The notes below the pieces were generated by a model. The model had not been told where the DNA came from, ran no database searches, and was given only the letters and a program-made list of their open reading frames with translations. Shown in pieces: positions 24,882 to 33,300 of a DNA stretch of 37,672 nucleotides. Numbering within the stretch: position 1 is the stretch's first letter; each line of letters starts with the position of its first letter. Source of the stretch: a virus (Duplodnaviria > Caudoviricetes); the IMG/VR virus record IMGVR_UViG_3300045580_000209, positions 1-37,672 of that record; one strand, written 5' to 3'. Position numbers and translations under genes: made by a program.

Positions 24882-25604
24882 ATGGCCGTTACCGTACAAA
24901 GCGTAGTCGACCGCGTTCAGAAGACCCTTCAGGACACCACTGGTGTTCGCTGGCCGGTTGTCGATGAATTGGTTCTTTGGGTTAACGATGCGCAGCGTGA
25001 GATTGCGCTCCTTAAGCCCGACTCTTCGGCGAAAAATACGACGGTGACTCTAACACCGGGCACCAAGCAGGAGATCCCGAACGACGGTAATCGGCTTTTG
25101 CGCGTGGTGCGCAACATGTCGGCCGCCACTAACGGACTCGGTAAGCGTGCTGTACGTATTGTGTCGCGAGAGGTGCTCGACGCTCAGACCCCCGATTGGC
25201 ACGACCCCACTGTTTCTGGGGACGCAGCACATGCGTTGACTGTTAAGCACTACGTCTATGACGAGCAGAACCCCCGTAACTTCTACGTTTACCCTGGGGT
25301 TGCCTCGACTGGCGGGTCTGCCTTCGTAGAGATTATCTACTCGGCGAATCCGTCGACAGTGGCGCAGAACGGGAACCTGGATATCCCGGATATTTTCGCT
25401 AACGCTGTCATGAACTACGTTCTGTACATGGCGTACATGAAGGACGCGGAGTATGCGGGTAACAACCAGCGTGCGGCTTCGCACTTCCAGCTGTTTATGT
25501 CGTCAATCACTGGCAAGGGTCAGGTTGATGCTCTTACTTCGCCTAACTACGGTAGCAACAACGTTCCGCGAGTCCCGCAGATTTCTGCGCCGCCCGTAGG
25601 GTAA
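24882..25604 (+). CDS. Head-tail adaptor-like protein (DUF6682-like)
   Basis: LQDTTGVRW...ELVLWVNDAQREI, FYVYPG, YVLYMAYMKDAE; position after the capsid. Confidence 0.8.
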   Translation: MAVTVQSVVDRVQKTLQDTTGVRWPVVDELVLWVNDAQREIALLKPDSSAKNTTVTLTPGTKQEIPNDGNRLLRVVRNMSAATNGLGKRAVRIVSREVLDAQTPDWHDPTVSGDAAHALTVKHYVYDEQNPRNFYVYPGVASTGGSAFVEIIYSANPSTVAQNGNLDIPDIFANAVMNYVLYMAYMKDAEYAGNNQRAASHFQLFMSSITGKGQVDALTSPNYGSNNVPRVPQISAPPVG

Positions 25605-25610
25605 TAAAAC

Positions 25611-26297
25611 ATGGCAACGCTCTACGAGTCGTTGTTGCCGGAAATCATCCCGATGGTACCCGGGTGCCCGGACACGTTGATTGAAAACAACATCCGGGCG
25701 GCTACCATCGAGCTCTGTGAGAAGGCAGCAGTCCTTCAATCTGAGCTTGATGCTGTTACAACTCGGGTTGGAACCTTTGAGTACGACCTAGAGCCGCCTA
25801 CGGGTACCGTTGTCCACAGAATTATGTGGATGATCTACGACGGTAAGGACCTCGACCCGATTAGTACCTCTTTGCTCGAACAGCGTAAGCCGAGCTGGCG
25901 GGATGCGGCTAACCGTGGAACACCTGAATATTACATCAAGGTAAGCCAGTCGCTGTTCTGGATCGTACCCGTACCGAACGTTACCAAGGTCGGCGGGGTG
26001 ATCCTGCGCGCCCAGTTAAAGCCGACGCAGGCGTCACTTTCCGCCGACGATGAGTTGATGTCGGACTATCGGGACACGATTGTTAACGGAGCACTGTACC
26101 GCCTGCTTCGCCTTCCTAGTAAGGAATGGACCGATTTTGCAGGGGCGCAGGTGTATGGTGCCCTCTTCAATGAGGGTATCATTGCTGCGGATAAGCGAGC
26201 CAGGCAGGCCGATGTTGGTATTGCTAGGAAGGTGTCTTATGGCGGAATCCATTCACCCTACTCGCGCCGAAGGAACCGGTACGGTAACGGCGGCTGA
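25611..26297 (+). CDS. Second adaptor/tail tubular-like protein
   Basis: VPGCPD...AATIELCEK, GTPEYY, IVNGALYRLLRLP.KEW; position. Confidence 0.75.
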   Translation: MATLYESLLPEIIPMVPGCPDTLIENNIRAATIELCEKAAVLQSELDAVTTRVGTFEYDLEPPTGTVVHRIMWMIYDGKDLDPISTSLLEQRKPSWRDAANRGTPEYYIKVSQSLFWIVPVPNVTKVGGVILRAQLKPTQASLSADDELMSDYRDTIVNGALYRLLRLPSKEWTDFAGAQVYGALFNEGIIAADKRARQADVGIARKVSYGGIHSPYSRRRNRYGNGG

Positions 26298-26694
26298 ACC
26301 AGTAGTCGCTGATATACGTAAAGAGTGGGACTGGGTTAGAGGTGGGGTCGAAGAGATCCTACGCAACGCTAGGACACTTACCTACAGACCTGAAGATGTA
26401 TACGCGCTGTGTATACAAAGGTCTGCTGTGTTGTGGGTTACGAACGAAGGTTTTGTTGTTTCGACTACTGAGGTAGACCCGTTTACTGACAAGAAGACCA
26501 TGTTTCTATGGTTGGCTTGGGCTAAGGAGAGAGGTAATAGTCTAGTAGCTAAGTATCAGTCGTTTTTTGAGCGTGTAGCTCGTGAAGCGGGGTATAGTTA
26601 CTTAGAGACTAGGTCTCCATTTCTTGGGCTGATGCATCATTTAGAATCGAATGGTTGGGTGGTCGACACTGTTGTGTATACGAGGGAACTATAG
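26239..26694 (+). CDS. GNAT-like protein preceding the ejection genes
   Basis: MFLWLAW...FERVAREAGYSYLETRS.FLG pattern; syntenic with the T7 gp13 / P22 gp14 position. Confidence 0.65.
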   Translation: MAESIHPTRAEGTGTVTAAEPVVADIRKEWDWVRGGVEEILRNARTLTYRPEDVYALCIQRSAVLWVTNEGFVVSTTEVDPFTDKKTMFLWLAWAKERGNSLVAKYQSFFERVAREAGYSYLETRSPFLGLMHHLESNGWVVDTVVYTREL

Positions 26695-27470
26695 TGTCTA
26701 GCAAACCGAAAGCTGCTGACTACAAGCCAAGTGAGGCGGAGAAAGCATCCGCTTCGGTAGCTATGGCTGAGTACGAATACTTCAAGCAGAAGTATGACCC
26801 GCTGCTCCAACAGATGCGCGATAAGTCGATGACTGAAGACGTGCAGTCCACACTGCGCGGGCGTGCAAACGCTGACGTCATGCAATCGCTCTCTACCCCC
26901 AGTTACCAACGAGCGGCTGCTGCAGATTCGGCTGGCGACATGACTCAGGCGCTTACGGGTCAGCTTGGGGAAGCGAACGTTGCTGCAAAGCAGGTTCAAA
27001 ATACCATGCAGTCAGGTGTCTTAGGGACTGCTCGTGGGCAAGCGGCTGATGCGCAGACCGGTATGGCGCAGGCCAGTAGGCTCGCGACGTCTAGTGCGCT
27101 TGAGAAGGCCCGTGCTAACCAACAGGTGGCTCAAGCTAAGCAGGCCGCTGTAGCTCAGGTTGCTAGTACTGCGGTGGCTCAAGGTATTGAGAACCGTGCT
27201 AGCGGCGGCACGTTCTTTACACCTAAGGACCCGAAAACCGGGCTTTCTGTGTCTAGCGTAAAAGACCGCTTTGCATACAGCACCTATGGTACTGCTGCTG
27301 GCAACATGCCTGTCGATCGCGGCTCTTTGAGCATAGCTGCCCCTCTCTTTACTCAGCCGGCTATGCCGGTTATGTCTACCCCGATGGTGCGGCCTGATGG
27401 GACTATTGGATACTTCTCCAACACACCTAGCCTCGATCAGTTCCGACGAACCATTGTTCAGGGGAGGTAA
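26694..27470 (+). CDS. Putative internal virion (ejection) protein
   Basis: GTG start, MSSKPKAADY; Ala/Gln-rich helical composition. Confidence 0.72.
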   Translation: MSSKPKAADYKPSEAEKASASVAMAEYEYFKQKYDPLLQQMRDKSMTEDVQSTLRGRANADVMQSLSTPSYQRAAAADSAGDMTQALTGQLGEANVAAKQVQNTMQSGVLGTARGQAADAQTGMAQASRLATSSALEKARANQQVAQAKQAAVAQVASTAVAQGIENRASGGTFFTPKDPKTGLSVSSVKDRFAYSTYGTAAGNMPVDRGSLSIAAPLFTQPAMPVMSTPMVRPDGTIGYFSNTPSLDQFRRTIVQGR

Positions 27471-27473
27471 ATA

Positions 27474-28079
27474 ATGGCCACCTCTTCATTGTCTTCTTTG
27501 AGCGTTGAAGAACTCTTGCGGATGCAGCAGCAGGCGCAAGTCGGAGCGTTTAGCTCCGGTTTGCGAGAAGTCTCTGATCCAGAAAAAGCGTATGCTGATC
27601 TGACTCGACAAGAGTACCTAGACTACGTTGCTAACTACCGTAAGTTTGAAGAGCAGCTTATCCAGAAAGCACAGACGGATAAGACGCTTATCGACCAGGC
27701 CCGGGCCGACGTCGGCACTGCTTCTGCTCTAACACAGGGGATCGCAACTCGTAATGCCGAGCGGTACGGGGTTGCCCTAACGCCGGATCAGATACAGCAG
27801 CAACGACTGTCTATGCAACGAGCGTCTACGCTTGGTGGTATACAAGCGGTCAACGATGCGAAAATTGCCCAGCGCGAAGCAAACACAGCGCTGCTTTCTG
27901 ACCTGATTAACATTGGCCAGGGCGTAAACCGCGCTTCGCAGCAGCAACTTGGGTCTGCTGCTGGTGACGCAACAGCGCGTCGCAACGCGTACACTCAAGC
28001 AAAAGCACAGTCAAAAGCAAACACTTATTCCACGATCGGTTCGCTGGCTTCAGCGGCTATCCTGGCGTTTGCGTTCTAG
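27474..28079 (+). CDS. Putative internal virion (ejection) protein
   Basis: Ala/Gln-rich with a hydrophobic C-terminus IGSLASAAILAFAF; SD GGAGGT. Confidence 0.72.
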   Translation: MATSSLSSLSVEELLRMQQQAQVGAFSSGLREVSDPEKAYADLTRQEYLDYVANYRKFEEQLIQKAQTDKTLIDQARADVGTASALTQGIATRNAERYGVALTPDQIQQQRLSMQRASTLGGIQAVNDAKIAQREANTALLSDLINIGQGVNRASQQQLGSAAGDATARRNAYTQAKAQSKANTYSTIGSLASAAILAFAF

Positions 28080-28088
28080 AGGTAAGTC

Positions 28089-30392
28089 ATGGCACAAGAT
28101 CTTGGTAGCGCAATACTTGCTGGAATCCAAGGAGTACAGGCTGGAGCTCGCCAGCGCCAGCAGTTGCTTATGCAGCAGCAGGAGCTGGATCTTGCTCGTG
28201 AACGGGCTGCGCGTGAGCAAGAGCAGCTCCAACTAAACAAAAATGTTGATGCCCGTGCTGAAGCGCAGGCCAATGAAGAACGCAGTAAGTTTGCTAAAGG
28301 CAAACTGTTCCAGGATGCGGACCGAGTGTTTGGTCGTGGCCAAGCTCTGGGCGTTATCCGTAAAGATGGCACTATTGACCGTGACGCCTTAGCAAAAGGT
28401 GTTAAGGCCGGAGACGAGCAGTACACTCGTTTTCTCGCTGACGTCATGAACGTCAACAAACTCGAAGAAGCAATCGGACGTAATAACTACGCCCCGACTG
28501 ATTTTGCTTTTACGGGGGTCGACAAAGAAGCCCTTAAGCAGGGCAGGCTCGTAATAACTGGTTCCTACAGAGATGGCCGACCAGGGGTTTTGACCGCTCA
28601 GGGTGGGTCCGGTCCTGACGAGAACGTCGTTACTAGCACTATCGACGAGGGGGTTGATCTTGCTATTACAGGCTTGCAGACTCGTGTTATTCCAAACTCT
28701 AACTTTGGCGCTACTAGCGCCGAAAGTCGTTTTCGCACTGGTCTTGCTGTAGGCAATACTATTGCTGAAGCTAATAAGAACAAGCCGCCATTTTACGCAG
28801 AGTCTGGCGGTGCTGGAGCGCGCACTGTCCTCAATGCTATTGATGCTAGCGGTCTTCCTGTAGAAGCCAGCCGCACGTTTATTTCTCAGCTTTCGTCTAT
28901 TAAAGACCCGCGTCAGAAGCAAGAATTTATTTGGCAGGTAGCCAAAGATCTCGGCGTTGAAGCCGAAGTAAATATGCGTGGTGGAGCTTCGTCTACGGTA
29001 CTTGGGGCTGATAGGCCTTTTGATACCGCAACAGATTCTTCTGACAGGCTCGACGGCATTGCGCGGCAACCTACTTCGCCCAGCCTCGGCGTAAAAACAT
29101 TTGATAGACAACTTAAAACTCTGCGAGAAAGAGCTAATGCTCTTCCTGCCGGATCTCCCGCTAGAGAGAATATAGAGAACAAAATAACCGAGGTAAACAC
29201 TCGTCGCGGGGACTTTATACGTAGCGAGAACCAAGCTACGTGGGATTCCTACACGGCAGACTCAAAGAAAGCCGAAGAAGCTCTTGCTAAGCCTAACGTG
29301 ACTGCTGAGTCACGCGCGTATTGGAACGCACGTAAGCAAGACGTCGATAAGAAGAAGCAAGCTTTCATCAAGGCTGGTGGCTACACGCCGATCCAGCGTA
29401 CGACTGACTATCAGGTTCTGGAGCAGAACGTAATCTCTCGCATTCGCGAGCTCCCCCCCACCGATGTTGCGCGGGCCATTCAGAGCGGGGCGTTGAAGTT
29501 TTCCGAGCCAGAAGTTCGCGCATTGCGCGCTCGTCTGACCGAGGCTGGCGTGTCTGGTACAGCTGGTAACGCTATCCGCACCGCTTCAAAGTCCCTTCCG
29601 CGAGAAGAACTTATTGCAACTATGGCGGTAGCCTACGCTCAATCAACTGATCCTGGCCAACAGCAGCAACTTATGACGATGATCGCCAACACTGGCGAGA
29701 CCGGAAGCCCATTCTTGAGCGCCGTTAAGCGCCGAGATCAGGAGCTGGAGGCTGAGTCTTTGGCCATGAGAGGGCGAGAAGTACAGGCCAGTAGGGAAGC
29801 AACCGCGGCTAAAGTAGCAGGAGACGCCACCGCAGTTAAACTCGCTAACATACAAGCGCTACAGAAAACGCTTGATGAAGGCGCGTCCATGCTCAATCCA
29901 ACTGTAGATGGACGCCCGACTAAGGGAGACATCGACGCGGTCTCCAACTGGACCAGAATGTCACTTCCGAAAAACGAGGCGTTTATCCGTCAAATGGCTC
30001 GAATTGATCCAGTTGCAGCGCGTGAATACTACGGCGTTCATATGGGGCAGGCGTCACAAGCAGCAGCCGTTATATTTGACGAGTTGCCGAGCGCAGGGCT
30101 TTTAGGTGGTGCCAAAGACGTGCTCTACGATTGGTTTGGTACCAAGCCTACAGTGGACACTATGGCTCAGCGGCTTCAGAATGTACGGGCCGTAACTGAT
30201 GCGGATGGAACTGTCACGTCGTTCTATCTAGTAAATCGTGGAACTGGTAGAAAGCAGGGTAAAGAAATAACCGCTACCCAGATGCAGAGCATCGATGGGG
30301 GCCCCGAGATGTTCCAGATTTTTGCACGTCAAGCTCTTATCAACGAAGAAATAGCCTCTGGCCGTGCTGCCCAAAACGCTAGGCAGCAATAA
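28089..30392 (+). CDS. Putative internal virion (ejection) protein, 767 aa
   Basis: MAQDLGSAILAGIQG followed by a Q/E/R coiled coil; position. Confidence 0.72.
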   Translation: MAQDLGSAILAGIQGVQAGARQRQQLLMQQQELDLARERAAREQEQLQLNKNVDARAEAQANEERSKFAKGKLFQDADRVFGRGQALGVIRKDGTIDRDALAKGVKAGDEQYTRFLADVMNVNKLEEAIGRNNYAPTDFAFTGVDKEALKQGRLVITGSYRDGRPGVLTAQGGSGPDENVVTSTIDEGVDLAITGLQTRVIPNSNFGATSAESRFRTGLAVGNTIAEANKNKPPFYAESGGAGARTVLNAIDASGLPVEASRTFISQLSSIKDPRQKQEFIWQVAKDLGVEAEVNMRGGASSTVLGADRPFDTATDSSDRLDGIARQPTSPSLGVKTFDRQLKTLRERANALPAGSPARENIENKITEVNTRRGDFIRSENQATWDSYTADSKKAEEALAKPNVTAESRAYWNARKQDVDKKKQAFIKAGGYTPIQRTTDYQVLEQNVISRIRELPPTDVARAIQSGALKFSEPEVRALRARLTEAGVSGTAGNAIRTASKSLPREELIATMAVAYAQSTDPGQQQQLMTMIANTGETGSPFLSAVKRRDQELEAESLAMRGREVQASREATAAKVAGDATAVKLANIQALQKTLDEGASMLNPTVDGRPTKGDIDAVSNWTRMSLPKNEAFIRQMARIDPVAAREYYGVHMGQASQAAAVIFDELPSAGLLGGAKDVLYDWFGTKPTVDTMAQRLQNVRAVTDADGTVTSFYLVNRGTGRKQGKEITATQMQSIDGGPEMFQIFARQALINEEIASGRAAQNARQQ

Positions 30393-30397
30393 CCCGC

Positions 30398-33300
30398 ATG
30401 GCCACTGAGCAGTACGACCCGTTTGCTGAGTTCCTTCGCGCTGGGAATGAGACTAGCCCTGAAGAGGATCTGCAGTTTCAGCAGTTCCTTGGCAACGCTC
30501 CTAAAACCGAGTTCAAGGGACGAGCGGCTACGCTAGGTGAAGAGTTTAGCGCGGCCGTTGAATCTGGCGCTCAAGGACTGGCTGCTGACCTCGAATACTT
30601 CAAAGCCCTTGGGAACACCTTAATCGGTGACACTAAAGCTGCCGAAACTAATATTCGAGAAGCGAGGCTTCGCGAAGAGTTTGCTGCTGCTCCGCTTGAT
30701 GGGCTTGAGACCTTTGAGCAGTTCTTGGACCAACCTACGTTTAGTGGGTTTATCAGCCAAGCAACACGTGGTTTTGGCCAGGTCCTACCCTCCGCTGCTT
30801 TGTCTATTGCTAGCGCTGGTACTGGCGCACTGACCGCGGTTGTCGGCCGCGGTGTATTAAACCAGGTAAACCGCCAGGCGGCCAAGCGCATCATCAAGGA
30901 TTCGGTCGACCGCACCGTCCAAGGCGTTGCCGACCCTGCTGAACAGCAGATTGCTGAGCTGGCTTACGGGTCTCTCCGACAGGCTGCTACACGAGGTGCA
31001 ATTGGCGGCGGTTTTGCTGCCGAGTTCGCACCGCTGTCTGGTAGTAATCTGTCGGAGGCGCTTGAAGCTGGAAAACCACTCGATGAAGGTACTGCGCTAC
31101 GTGCGGCGGCTGTCGCTGTCCCGCAGGCCGCCATCGGTGTCGGTAGCGAATATGCGTTGCTTAAACTAATAGGCGAGCAGGCTACAAAACGTGCGGCTGT
31201 AGAAGGCGGAGTCTTTGCCAACTTTGCCAAGCGCATGGGTACCGGAGCACTGCAAGGTGGTGCGATTGAAGGCACAACCGAACTCATTCAAGAAGGTATA
31301 GCGGTCGCTAACCGCGCCGATCTTGATCCGCTATTTACTGCCGAAGACGCCAAGTTACGCTTGGCCGAATCTGCTTTTGCTGGTTTCTTCGGCGGCGCTG
31401 CTCCCGGTGCAGCCGGTGGTGCGATTGGCGCCGCTGGCGACGCAATGTCCAGAGTTCCGCAAGGTGCTCGCGACGCAGCCGGCGGCGTTGTAGATAAAGC
31501 CGCCAACATCTTTGATAAAGCCAGACGCATGCTGGACACCGCCCGTGAGCAACGGGTCAATGACCAGATCAACCGAGAACAGTTCGGTGACATCTTCTCT
31601 GGTGGTACTACCCCCGAGCCGGAGCGTGATATTGACGCACAGCTTCGGGCGATGCTTGACCCTACTAGCGGCAAACAAGCCGTTTGGATTGCTGGCGAGG
31701 CTACGAAGATCAAAGCCCGCCCTAATAAGATCTCGGAGATAGTTATAGACGGCACCGAAGCTTTTGCTTCGTTTGTTCCTGGACGCGGCACCATAGTCTC
31801 TACTGACCGTAATCTGGTCAATGAAGTCATTGCTGCCGGAGCATCGGATAAGGCGCTACAGGTTGCTCTTGGATACAGCTCCGTAAAAGACGCGGCCAAC
31901 CCTGGCGACTTAGTCGTTCAGGTATTTGACCGAGACGGACGAGTCATTTCCGAAGAGGCAACTAGCCAAGACAACTTACCCGCCGCTTTTCAAGCGGCTA
32001 GCAAGTTGATGCCGCAAGGCGGTCGTATTGAACAGACCACCGTCGAGAAAGCACTCGAAGATCGCAAGCGCCGTTTTGAGGCCGAGCAGCGCGTCGAAAT
32101 ACGCGAGATGAATGTCGAAGACGATCAGGACGGCACTGAAGACCAGACTGACATAGACCTTTTTGCTCAAGGATCTCAAACGATCCAGGGACAACGTAAC
32201 GAGATCGGCGTTTATAAGAAAAAAGATCCCGCGGCTACGTTTGCTAATACGGCTGAGGCCAGAGCAAACTACGAGCGCGTGTTTGGCTACACGGACTGGA
32301 CGTCTCCTCGGTTTGCGAGTATGAGCGAGCAGATGCTTAATGCTGCAGCTAGCCGACAGAGCAATAACCCTAACGTCGCTGTCATGATTGAGGACACACC
32401 AGACGGTAAATTCCGTTTGGTTGAAGAAGAGTATGGTCAGGAGGACAAGTTTAGGTTTACTAAGCTAGTCAAGGACAAAGAAACTGGGCGGGAGTCCACT
32501 CAGACTTTGCTCCTCAACTTAAGTGACTATTTAGTTGAATCTGTCCGAAGAGCCTACCGAGTTGCTGGAGACTTAGCGTTTAGCCAGAAAAAGGGCGACA
32601 ACCGTTCAGCTCGTCTCTCTCCAGAGTTTTCAAGGCTTCGGCGTGACTCGCAGAGAGTGACCGTAGTATCCCCGAACGGTAGGTCAGTAAACGTTGCCTT
32701 GTGGGACTTAGTTAACTCTGGGCGAGGGCTTTTGTTTGGTCGCGGGCAAAGCATGCTTGGCGTTACAGACGCTAGGGGCAGAACTATTTCGGATCCTAAA
32801 GCAGCAGCTAGAGACGCTTTTTCCACGCTACTCGCTGACATGCTTATTCAAGGATACGACGTTCAGGTGGATGGTAAATCCATCAGTAACGCTATACCGG
32901 ATTCAGCTCTAGACGTGACAGCTTGGATAGACGGAAAGCGTCCGGTAAGTCTCGGGGAACTGCTCCAGCGAGATGACAGGCTTCCGTCTGGCAAGCGGCT
33001 GCTTGTGTTTAGATCTGAAGAAGAAGCCGCGGTGTACGAAGGTCGGTTGCCGCTTGGGCGTGGTGAAAAGAGACCGGCCCCATTTAACCGACTCACCGGG
33101 CTTACAGCCTCGCAGCTTGCCACGCAGCAACGCAGTTATGCGGAGCGTGGTTATGCCACCATTGTAGAGAACGAAGAAGACTTTGATCCTACCGCGGTAG
33201 AAGATAACGCCGCGCCTACTGAACCAACTGAGGATCTACCCGACACTTCAATTGATGCGCGTACAACACCATCTACGGTTCGTACTGTTGAAGAAGCTCC

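Noticed and set aside
28389-29234. 281-aa minus-strand ORF and similar ORFs opposite the ejection genes
   Set aside because: Ser-rich shadow frames opposite clear plus-strand genes.
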